Shown here piece by piece: positions 39,798 to 51,700 of a stretch of DNA of 64,000 nt. The position numbers were made by a program, and so were the translations under genes. The DNA is from Cetorhinus maximus. Taxonomy: Eukaryota. The notes beneath the pieces are model-generated. The model ran no database searches. It saw only the letters and a list, made by a program, of their open reading frames with translations, and was not told the origin of the DNA. Numbering within the stretch: position 1 is the stretch's first letter; every line of letters begins with the position of its first letter. The DNA is taken from the NCBI RefSeq assembly GCF_964194155.1, contig NC_135880.1, positions 177,754,001 through 177,818,000 on the forward strand, in the 5' to 3' direction.

Positions 39798-42700
39798 GTG
39801 AGTGGTAACCTCGCTGGCGGTTTTCACAGGTTCTTGTGCAATAATGAGTAAATCGAAAATGTTGCTTTTATTAGGCTTTCTACACATGATAATGAGAAGG
39901 GGTTAAAATAGGGATACAGAATCCTGACCAGCAGTTGCAGTCTGATAAAATGGAAGCAGAGATTACACCGGAAACTGTTGAACTCAATGTCACTTAATGT
40001 AAAGTGCTTCATTGAAAGGTGAGGTGCTGTTTCTCGAGCTTGTGTTGAGCTTCATTGGAACAGAGTGAGAGTCCGAGGTCAGGGAATTAAAGTGACATGC
40101 AGCTGCAAGCTCGGGGCCACGCTTGCAAACTGAATGGAGGGTCCTGCAAAGTGGTCGCCCAGTCTGTGTTTTGTTTCATCAATGAAGAGGAGACCACATC
40201 ATGAGCAGCGAATACCACTAGATGACACTGCACCATACACGACCCAAAATCAAACACTCTCCATATGATCATGTCCTCCAAATGCTTATCATGAGCTATT
40301 TTAATCCTTTATTAACTTAATTTGCTTAGAATGTGGATTGAATGGGGGGACCAGTTAGCTGGATGGATAGTGTATAGTTCAGAATAACACCAACAACTAG
40401 GGTTCGATTCCTGTTCTGGCTGAGAAAGACTTGAACCTACCTCCTTGCCCTGTCCCTGAGAGTGGAAGGCAATGGCAAACCTATAAAAACTGCCAAGAAA
40501 CCAGCTCAGGATGAAGCATCAGCAGACAATAAGCCAAGGAGTTGCCTTTGGGGAGAACACACACAATGGATTGTGTATGAAAACCAAAAGGATTAAAGCA
40601 ATGGTAGTCAGGAGAAATACGTTAGAAGAAGCTTGAGTGAAGATTGAGTTGAATGGTGTTACACTGGAACAAGTAGATAAGTTTGTCTACTTAGGACAAC
40701 AGAAAATGGTTGATGTGATGCTGAAGTCAGAGGAAGGATAGAGACAGCCAGAAGTAATTTTGTGAAGGTGAAGGATGTGTTAACAACAGGAAATCTCAAA
40801 CTTGTAACAAGAAAATAACTCCTAAAATGCTACATTTTATCCACTTTCCTGCATGCCTCAGAAACCTGGACAATAAATAAAGATCTGTGGAAGAAAATAG
40901 AGACCTTTGAAATGTGGAAGCTAAGACGTATGCTTAAAATTCTCGATGGGCTGAATGGCCTACTCCTATTTTGTATGTTCTTAACAGCAAGACTTTAATC
41001 TCTAATGGTGCTGAGACCAAATGTATTCCCCATACCACTGTTCCAGCTGATTGCAGACTGTGGATTGAATCTGGAAGCTTGCTCTACAGTTAGACTCAGT
41101 ACCTCAATGAATAAACTTGCTGAGCCATGGCAGGTATTGGTTGGGAGGGGTTGTGGGGTCAGATGTGTATGTCACTAATACTTAGTGTTACCAACTTTGT
41201 GACTTACTGATGAGCCCTGGGACTTGCAGAAGTTTTATTAATGCTTGTACTTCTAAGTTTTAATGTAGCTTTCAATATGTGTAGACTTTCCAGCATAAAG
41301 TACGAGCATTAAAACAAAATCCACTGAGTCTCATAAATTAATGATAAAAAGCTGGCACAGGCACAATGGGCCAAATGGCTTCCCTCTGCTGATTCATTTT
41401 ATGCCCCAGATATTCCAGTTTCTGGATAGTTGGAGACTAGATGAACCCCACAAGATACGCTATGGGACAGTTTGGAAGTCCTGATGCACTGACTCTGGGA
41501 ATTGCTGGGAAAATTTGAGCTTCTGATTGGTGGTTTCCCTACTCCCTGGGATCCTCCCAACTCTTGAGTTAGAGTCGGAGACTTCAGACGGTTCCGACTT
41601 TACCTGGATAGTTACCGAGGAAATATTTGACAAAGTCCTACTCCCCCAACCTCACACCCTACTCCCCCCCCCCCCCCCCCCCCCCCCCCGGCCCCCGACC
41701 TGACCTCACCACCTTACTCCCCCTCGCCCCCGACCTCACCACCCTACTCCCCCCCACCCCCCGACCTGACCTCACCACCTTACACCCCCTCGCCCCCGAC
41801 CTCACCACCCTACTCCTCCCCCGGATCTCACCACCCTAAACTCCCTCCCCACCATGACCTGACCTCATCACCCAACTCTTTCCTCCCCTCACCCCCGCCC
41901 ACTGACCCCTCTGACCATGCCAAGTGGCTACAATAAAGTCGTGCTATTCGCAGGGGTTATGTTCCCGCTATACTTCACAAACGGCGAAATGGCGAACGAG
42001 GAACATGTTTTTGAATGGGACTCAGTTAGATGGGTTCCAGCCATGCGAGGGCAGCATTAGTTTGGCAGTTACTCTGCAGCAAATTGTTCTGACTGTATCT
42101 ACTCACAAGCACTTCTACCAGGGTTATTGGATAATGGTGTGGAGCAGGAAAGCTGATTTCTCGGGCCAATTAAATAAATTCCACAAAGACATCAGTAAGT
42201 GTACTCCATGAATAACTGACCCCAACAATAACCTGCTGTATCCTCCATTTTAACACAGCATTCCAATCCACAGGGTTCCTTCCTGATGTTTCACTAACCC
42301 GGCGGGTCTTGTCCAACAGTGTTAAATTTGCCAGAGTATATCTGCCTCGGCTTTCAAAGACCTTTTGCAAAATTATTGATGAAACTGATACCTTAGAGTA
42401 AATTAACCGATCCCTCATTCAAGCTGTGCTCAAAGGGTGTGCTTGTCAAAGAATCAGTGCAGAGATTCAGACATTTCAAATGTGGATAAGCAAACATCAT
42501 ACACCGCTTTGCCCATCGCGTCGGCAAAGTACAAAGCGCTGGTAAGTGAAAATGCGAACAAGGAAGTCACGAAAGGCAGGAATTTACTCCACTGCTCCCT
42601 CAACCTGACCTCAAGACCCACCTGACTGCCACCCTACCCCCTTACCTGCTTACTTGACTGTACCCCCTTGTCCACCCTACCCTCTTACCTTGCCGATCCT

Positions 42701-45700
42701 ACTGCCTTACCTTGCCCACCTTACCCCTTACTTGCCCACCCCACCCATTTATCTTACCTACTCTACCCTGTTATCTACTCTATCCTCCTATGCCCTTACC
42801 CACCCTGCCCCCTCACCTCATCCGCCCTGCCCCCTCACCTCATCCGCCCTTCCCCCTAACTCCTTTACCTTTTCCCTGTAGCCTTTCAAAGAAGCTTTGG
42901 GACATTTAAACTCTTTACTTACTAGAATATGGCAGCTAGTGCTGTAAATGGGGATGTGGCTTCTGCACAAATTCCCTTCGCTGCTTCCTGTGAGGTTTCC
43001 TGCACTGAGTCACTTTGGGATCCTCTATTGGAAGGGTGCCCAGCAAAATTGGCGGAAGGTAAGTGGTATTTTATTGTCTGATCTGGGTTGGAAATAGGGG
43101 TTCCGATCCTGATCGTAAGACTTGAGTCTGTGATTTTGTAAAGTGTCAGAAATGTTGCCAATGGTTTTCTTGCCTCGCTTTATACTGAGAGGAATGGTAA
43201 AATGAGAAATTTAGAAGTAATTTCAGCGGATGGGGAACATTAACTTATAACTGCTTACCTGTTGTTTTGCAGTACAGCTGAAAGCAGATTACAATAAGGG
43301 ATATGTTCTTGTTAAACAGGTATGTTCTTGTTAAACAGGTATGTTCTTGTTAAACAGATATGTTCTTGTTAAACAAGTTAAACCTCTGCTTTGTTTCTTT
43401 TAGTGGTGCTTTTATGTATTTAATGGATGTGTTCAAATTTATGAGGGGCTTCGATATGGGGAAACTGTTTCCACAGGCAGGAAAGTTGGTAACCAGAGAA
43501 TACAGATCTAAAATAATTACCACAGACTTGGTAAAAGAACCCAGAGGGGGAAATGAAGTGATTTTGTTTTAAGCAGCGGTTTATGTTTTGAAATGTACTG
43601 ACACCAAAACAGTGGGCCGAATGGCTTCCTTCTGCGCCATGAGTTTCTATACGTATGGCCCTAGATTATATTACAATGAATAAATCAATCTTTAGCGTAA
43701 AATGCTAAATGAGGAAGTTGCTGAAATGCGTTGTGGAGTTGATAAGCTTCCTTGTTGCTTAAGATGCACATTCCATGAGGAACAATTACTCAATTCAGAA
43801 CGTTAATTAATTTCCTACAAGTTGATTGATTAAAATAACTTACTGGCTTAACTGAATGGATTAAATGGTGTACTCAAGGCAAGTAGGATTAGTTGCTTGC
43901 ATCTTTACTGAGACATTATGGCCCCGTTGTGCCTGATTTTGCATTTTCAGTAAAAAATCTCTCTTAGACCATTTATGAGGTTTAAACATCTACATACATC
44001 TACTCCCAAAAGAAAATTGGATAAATAATTCTAAGGCAAGGTACCGTGGAAGCTTTAACTATGAAATCTGAACAGAAAATGCTGGAAATTCTCAGTAGGT
44101 TTGGGAAAATAATTCTATTTTGTTTCTCGCCCCCCCCTCCTCCCACCACCACCTCTCCCCCGACTCCAAAGTTAGGCATAAACCCAAGCAATGTCAATTC
44201 TGAAGACTTGGGAAGAGATCAGGAGGTGAAGTTAATGCCAGGACAGATCCTTCATATTGTCAATCGGCTCTATCCATACACCATCCACTTTGAAGAAGAG
44301 AGCTCAGAAAAGGAGGCGCTGCCACCAAAGAGACCCTACAAAGAGATTTCTCCAAACAGCAGCTCCAACATGTCAAATAAATATCTTAAGACCAAGGACT
44401 CCAATCCAAGGGAGCACCACACATTCAACACGAAGCCCGAAAAGAAGCAAGAGAAGAACAAGGATGGGCACACGGCAGAAGATAGAAGCAACTCGGTGAC
44501 TCGGGTGAGCTCTGCCGAGGCCTCTGGGAGAAAAGTAATTGATGGATTGGATTTAACTTGACCCATCTTACGTGGCAATTCGTTTGAAATAGCACCACCT
44601 TAATTTATACCTCATTGCCCGGCCCTCCTCTTTCAGCAGCTAAATGTCCCTTAGTTATAATTTCTTGTTAAAGTCCACAAGTTAGAGGCAGGGATGCAGT
44701 GAATGGTAGGCAGGATTCAATCCCGCTAATAAAAAATCAACTGATGATTTTCAAATGATGAAGAGAGAATCTTTGCTAGATGAACACTGCATTCAGAAAG
44801 GGAATGCAACAGTCTTCATTTCATTTGCTTATCTATGCATATATTTTAAAGTTTTTTTGAGACTGGTGAAATATGCCTTACCTTGAGCAGGAAGAGTAGG
44901 GTGTTCTATGTGCCTACTTGCTCCCAAGACAGCACCCTTGTAACTTTACATGTGTATCCCACCCCTTTTTACTGAATGCATATATTTGAAGGTTTTTATT
45001 CTTTCATGGGAAGTGGGTGTGGCTGGCAAGGCCAGCGTTTGTTGCCCATCCCTAATTGGCCGTGAATTGAGTGGCTTGCCAGGTCATTTCATAGGGCAGT
45101 TAAGAGTCAGCCACATTATTGTGGGTCCAGAGTCACAAGTAGGCCAGACCTGGTAAGGATGGCAGATTTCCTTCCCTAAAGGACATAAGTGAATCAGATG
45201 GGTTTTTAGGACAGTCAATGATAGTTTTCATGATCACCATTGCTGAGGCTAGCTTTCAATTCCAGATTTTATTAATTGAATTTAAATTCCACCAGCTGCC
45301 ATGGTGGGATATGAACCCATGTCCCCAGAGCAGGTGCCTGGGCCTCTGGATTACTAGTCCAGTAACATTATCACTCTCCCCCTATAGTTATAACTACAGT
45401 CACAAAAAGTCTGCTCACAAATATATAAAATTAGGTGTATGGTAGCATAGTGGTTATGTTGCTAGTAATCCAGAGGCCTGGACTAAAGATTCAGAGAGTC
45501 GAGTTCAAATCCCACCTCAACAGCTGGGTAATTCAATTAAATTCAGTTAATGAAATAGATATAGAATACAAATAGTGACGACCTTGGAACTAATGGATTG
45601 TCGTAAAAGGTCCTTCAGGAAAGGAAATCTGCTAGTCTGGCTTAGAAGTGACTCCAGACACACAGCAATGTGACTGACTCTGAAGTGGCCTAGCAAGCCA

Positions 45701-48700
45701 CTCAGTTGTATTCAAGAAGGCAGCTCAAAGGAACCTTCCCAAAGGAAATTAAGGATTTTGCTCACATCCGCAGAATGAATAAAATAAAAGGAAATGCTTT
45801 TCATTATGATTATCTAGACAGTGAGATATTTATGGTCCGAACATCTATAGGTTAAATAAGTGTATTTCTACTTTGTGCCTTCAGGATTTTCAGGGAATGT
45901 GGAGTCAGGGATTAAAAGTCTCCATGCAGGATCCAGAAATGCAGGTACTAAATATTTTTCTCTCCCAAAAATCCCACCTAATTATGATCACGGTTTCTTT
46001 GTACCACATTTGGCCCAAATAATATTTCAATTTTTGCATTGTTTATATTGATCAATGTAGCTTCTTATTTTTATTCCCCAACAGGTGTATAAAGATGATA
46101 CAGTTGTCGTAATTAAGGACAAATATCCAAAGGCCCGTTTTCATTGGCTGGTTTTACCGTGGGACTCCATCTCCAATCTGAAGGCCGTGAGGAGGGATCA
46201 CTTAACTCTTCTCCAACACATGCACCAAGTTGGCCAGAAGCTGGTGCGAGAATGTCTGGATTCTGACACATTGAAATTTCGATTGGGTTACCATGCTATT
46301 CCTAGCATGAGGTGAGCGGAGTTTATTTTCACATTGATATCTGTGGGCAGTCCTTTGCTGTAAGTATCTAACACTAGAGCACGCTTCAGTGTTTCAGAGC
46401 GACTAGTCAGTAGAGTGAATACTTGGAGCATTTGGAAGAACATTCTTGTCTTACCTGTAGTTGTATTAGAACACAGGTTTAAATTGGCCTGCAAACTGTA
46501 TTCAGGTAGGCACCTATTTATAATGGTGCCTCTCAGGAACTTTGCTTTATGTATAGTGAATTACTTTGAGTAGAATGCCTGTTGTTATGTAAGCACCTGT
46601 GCCAATTTTCTCACACACAAGGACCTCCAAACAAGAAATATTTGTGTGACCAGTCCATTTGCTTTGACTGACGGGATAATGTTAGTCAAAAACACTGGAA
46701 GTCCCTGGTTCTTCAGAGTGCTGCCATTGGGATCTTTAAAGTCTACCTGAACCACATGAGCAGGTAGATGGGGGCTCGGTTTAATGGAAAAAAGAGTACT
46801 TCCTCTACTACACAGCTGCTCTATAGGCTCAAAACCTGCAGTAGATTTGAATCCATAACTTTATGACTCAAGTGAGATTGCTGCCAATTGTACAATAGGG
46901 CATCCAAATTGGTGTTTATGGGTGTTTAAGCATAATTCAAAGCAGATATTTCCGTGCATAAATAGTAAAAAAGTGGTCTGGTGTTTGCTTTTAAAACTGC
47001 ATCCATCTAAAACAAGGCAAGTTTAAACATAATGAGGTATACTTGGGTTATTTTGTTGTAAATCTTTGAGGTTAATACTGATTGTGAACTTATTAGTATA
47101 CAGTTTTTATTGCTGTTATTAAGAACATAAGGAATTGGAGGTGATGTTTATACGTCTCCTTGAGCTGGCTCCGTTATTTAAGTGAGATCAAGGCTGATCT
47201 TCTACCTCAACTCCACTTTCCAGCTCTATCCCCACCTCTTAGTGTACAAAACATCAATCTCTGACTTGAATATACTCAATGGCTGAGCATCAACAGCTCC
47301 CTGGGGTAGAGAATTCCAAGGATTCACAACCCTCTGAGTGAAGAAATTTCTCTTTTTTAAAAATTCCTTCATGGGATGTGGACGTCACAGGCAAAGCCAG
47401 CATTTGCTGCCCATCTCTAATTGCCCTTGAGAAGGTGGTGGTGAGCCACCTTCTTCACCTACTGCAGTCCATGTGGTGTAGGTACACTGACAGATGCTAG
47501 GTGTTCGGTTTTATAGTGGTTTCTGTAACAGTTTGGTACAGCTGAGTGACTTGCTAGGCCATTTCAGAGGGCAGTTAAGAGTCAACCACATTGCTGTGGG
47601 TCTGGAGGCATGTTGGCAGATTTCCTTCCCTTAAGGGCATTAGTGAACCAGATGGGTTTTTACGACAATTGACGGCACCAATACAGCATACAAAGACTAG
47701 CTTTCAATTCCAGATTTTTATTAATTTAAATTTCACCAGCTGCCGTGGGGGATTTGAACCTGTCTCCCTAGGGCATTAGCTTGGGCCTCTGGATTACTAC
47801 TCCAGTGACATCACTACTATACCACCATCTCCCCCACACACATCTCGGTCCTAAGTTGCCAACCTCTTATTCTGAGACTGTGACCCCCAAGGCCTAGACT
47901 TTCCAGCCAAGGGAAACAACTTCTTAGTACCGAAGCTGTCAAGCTCCTTAAGCATTTTATACTTTCATTGAGATCACCAAAATTGCAACTAACCTTAATT
48001 TGGTCAGACTATCTGTTGTAAAATATTGCAGTATTGTAGTTCTTGGTTGACTTTGTAAAAAGCAGCAAGATGTCGAACATTTAATCACTTTTTTCTCCTC
48101 TCTTTCCTCCCGTGCCCTTTCACCAGCCACATTCACCTTCATGTGATCAGCCAAGACTTTGATTCCCCATGCTTGAAGAATAAAAAGCATTGGAATTCAT
48201 TTAATACAGATTATTTCCTGGAATCAGAAGGTAAGCAGAACATCCACTTCAACCCATGGCTTTCAAAAGTTTCTGCATTGGGTGCACTCCCAGTGTGTCT
48301 GCTGTGGCTCAGTGGGTAGCATTTTCACCTCTGAATCAGAAGATTCTGTGCTCAAGTTTCACTCCAGAACATGAGCACTGATAACCCCTGATAAGGCTGA
48401 GAATCCCAGTGCGGTAGTGGGGGTGTGCTTCACTGTCAGAGGTGTTGCCTTTTGAATGAGATGTTAAACCGAGGCTACGTTTGCCCCCTCAGATCCCACA
48501 GCACTGTTCTAAGAAGATCAGGGGAGTTCTTCCCGGTGTCCTAACCGATATTTATCCCTCAAACACCTCACTAAAAACCGATTCTCTGGTCATTATCGCA
48601 TTGCTGTTTGTGGGAGCTTGCCGTGCACAATTTGGTGCCATGTTTCCTACATTACAGCGGTGTCTACAGTTCAAAAATATTTCATTTGTTGTTAAGCGCT

Positions 48701-51700
48701 TTGAGATGTCCAGTTGCTGTGAAAGGCTCTATATAGTGCTAGGTTTCTTTACTACTTTTCCTTAGGACACTTGTTCAAGTTGCTGAAAGACTGTAAAATA
48801 TAAGCAAAATACTTCAGATGCTGGAAATCCGAAATAAAAACAGAAAATGCTGGAGAAACTCAACAGGTCTAGCATCTGTGGAGAGAGAGAAATAGAGTTA
48901 ACTTTTCAAATCGTATGACTCTTCTTTAGAGCTCTGAAGACGAGTCATATGGACTCGAAACATTAACTCTGTTTCTCTCTCCACAGATGCTGCCAGACCT
49001 CTTGAGTTTTTCCGGCATTTTCTGTTTTTATTTCTGAAAGACTGTGCCAGCTGACCACACTACCATTTATCTACAGCAATAGAAACATGCTAATTAATTC
49101 AGCAAATATAGATACCTGAGAACAGACAGACCTTGAAACTCTGTTTGGAAGTTTATAATTTGTGTGAAAGAAATTATTGATAGAACAATTAGGAAATTGT
49201 TAAACCTTATTTTTCCATAGGCTGCTTAATAGTTCTTTTGTTGGTTAATAACCTTTTTGCTGTTGAATGTAATGTTTATGGGTATTTCAGTGCTTACCAT
49301 TCCACTCATCGAGCTTTGCCATTTATACTCAAATGACAATAATAATAATTTTAAATGAGCAGAGAATTACAGAGAATGTACAGCACAGAAACTACCTATT
49401 TGATTCAGTTGGTCTGTGCTGGTGTTTATGTTCCACATGAGCCTCCTCTCACCCTATCAGCATGTCCTTCTATTCCCCTCTCTCTTGTGTTTATCTCGTT
49501 TCCCCTTAAATTCATCTATACTATTCAACTACTCCCTGTGATAACAAGTTCCACATTCTCACCACTCTCTGGGTAAAGAAGTTTCTCCTGAATTCCTTAT
49601 TGGATTTATTAGTGACTATCTTATATTTATGGCCTCCTTTTTGGTCTCCCCCACAAGTGGAAACATCTTCTCAATGTCTATCCTATCAACCCCTTCATAA
49701 TTTCAAAGACCTCTCTCAAGGCATCCCTAAGTCTTCTCTTTTCTACCCCATCGGCTCAGTTTTCCCTGATAGTTATAACTTCTCAGTTCTGGTATTGTCA
49801 GCTGCACTCATCCAGTCAAGTGGGGAGTATTCCATATCATTCCTGACTTGAGTTGTAGAGGGTGCACAGTCTTTGGGGAGTCAGGAGGTGAGTTAATCAC
49901 CACTGAATTCCCAGCCTCTGACCTGCCCTTGTAGCCACAGTATTTATATGGTTGGCCTACTTAAGTTTATGGTCAATGATGACCCCAAGGATGTTGATTG
50001 TGGGAGAAATCAGCGATGGTAATGCTGTTGAATGCCATGACAGAGTTAAAAGGAAGAAATAATTGGAGCTTGTCAGAAAGGTATGGCAGTACGGGGGGAA
50101 TTTTAATTTACTTACAGACTGGAAAAATCAGATGGGCAGAGGTAGCATAGATGAGGAGTTAACAGAAATAAAAATAAAAATACCTGGAAAAACTCAGCAG
50201 GTCTGACAGCATCTGCGGAGAGGAACACAGTTAACGTTTCGAGTCCGTATGACTCTTCAACAGAACTAAGGAAAATAGAAAAGAAGTGAAATATAAGGAC
50301 CAGTGATAGGTGGAGATAGCCAAAAGATGTCATAGAGAAAAGGACAAAGAGGTGTTGAAGGTGGTGATATTATCTAAGGAATGTGCTAATAAGTGACATT
50401 AAGGGTGAACACCTTTTTGTCCTTTTGTCTATGACATCTTTGGCTATCTCCACCTATTACTGGCCCTCTATCCAGCTCTACCTGTCCCACCCCCCCCTTA
50501 AACCAGCTTATATTTCACCTCTTTTCTATTTTTCCTTAGTTCTGTTGAAGAATCATACGGACTCGAAACGTTAACTGTGTTCCTCTCTGCAGATGCTGTC
50601 AGACCTGCTGAGTTTTTCCAGTATTTTTATTTTTGTTTTGGATTTCCAGCATCCGCAGTTTTTTGCTTTTATCGAGGAGTTAACAATGTTTTCAAGATAG
50701 TTCTTAGAACAGCATGTTCTGGAGCCAACTAGAGAGCAGGCTATACTAGACCTGGTATTGTGTGACGAGATAGGATCAATTGATAACCTCATAGTGAAGG
50801 CACGACTAGGTAGCAAGCGATCATAATATGATTGATTTTTACATTCAGTTTGAGGGAAAGAGGAGTAGGTCCAAGACTAGTATTTTAAACTTAAATAAGG
50901 GCAATTATGAGGGCATGAAAGCAGAGCTAGCTAAAGTGAACTGGCAAATGAGGTTAAGGGGTAGGTCAACATAAGTTCAGTGGCAGACATTTAAAGGGAT
51001 ATTTCAGAATGTACAGAACAGATACATTCCAATGAGAAAGAAAAATTCCAAGGGGAGGACCCACCATCCGTGGTTAACTAAGAAAATTAGAGACCCTATC
51101 AGCAGTATCACAGTATCTTTACAGTGTAGAAGGAGGCCATTTGGCTCATTGAGTCTGCACTGGCTCTCTGAAAGAGCATTCCACCTAGTCTCACTCCCCT
51201 GCTTTATCCCCATAACCTTGTATATTCTCACTTTTCAGGTTATGGGGATAAAGCATGGTTTCTCTCTCCACACAGATGCTGCCAGACTTGCTGAGTTTTT
51301 CCAGCATTTTCTGCTTTTATTTCAGATTTCCAGCTTCTGCAGTATTTTGCTTTTATCATGTTTAATTTATTAGAGTTATTTTAGGAGTCACATGGTGCTT
51401 GTACTGTACTTAGATTTCCAGGAGGTATTTGTTAAGGTGCCAAATCAAAGGTTATTGCAGAAAATAAAAGCTCATGATGTAGGTGGTAACATTGGCATGG
51501 ATAGAAGATTGGCTAGCTACCAAGAAACAGAGTAGGCATAAATGGGTCACTTTTTGGCTGGCAGGATGTAATGAGTGGTGTGCCACAGGGATCAGTGCTG
51601 GGGCCTCAGCTTTTTACAATTTATACAAATGACTTAGATGAAGGGACCAAAGGTATGGCTGCTGATGACACAAAGATAGGTAGGAAAGTAAGTTGTAAAG

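Noticed and set aside
43302-43377. Short direct-repeat array as a possible CRISPR
   Set aside because: No spacers, eukaryotic intron context and no cas genes; it is a simple tandem duplication.
44046-44171. N-terminal part of the 171-aa ORF 44046-44561
   Set aside because: Intronic read-through made of a repeat fragment and polypyrimidine tract; APTX homology starts at the acceptor at 44172.
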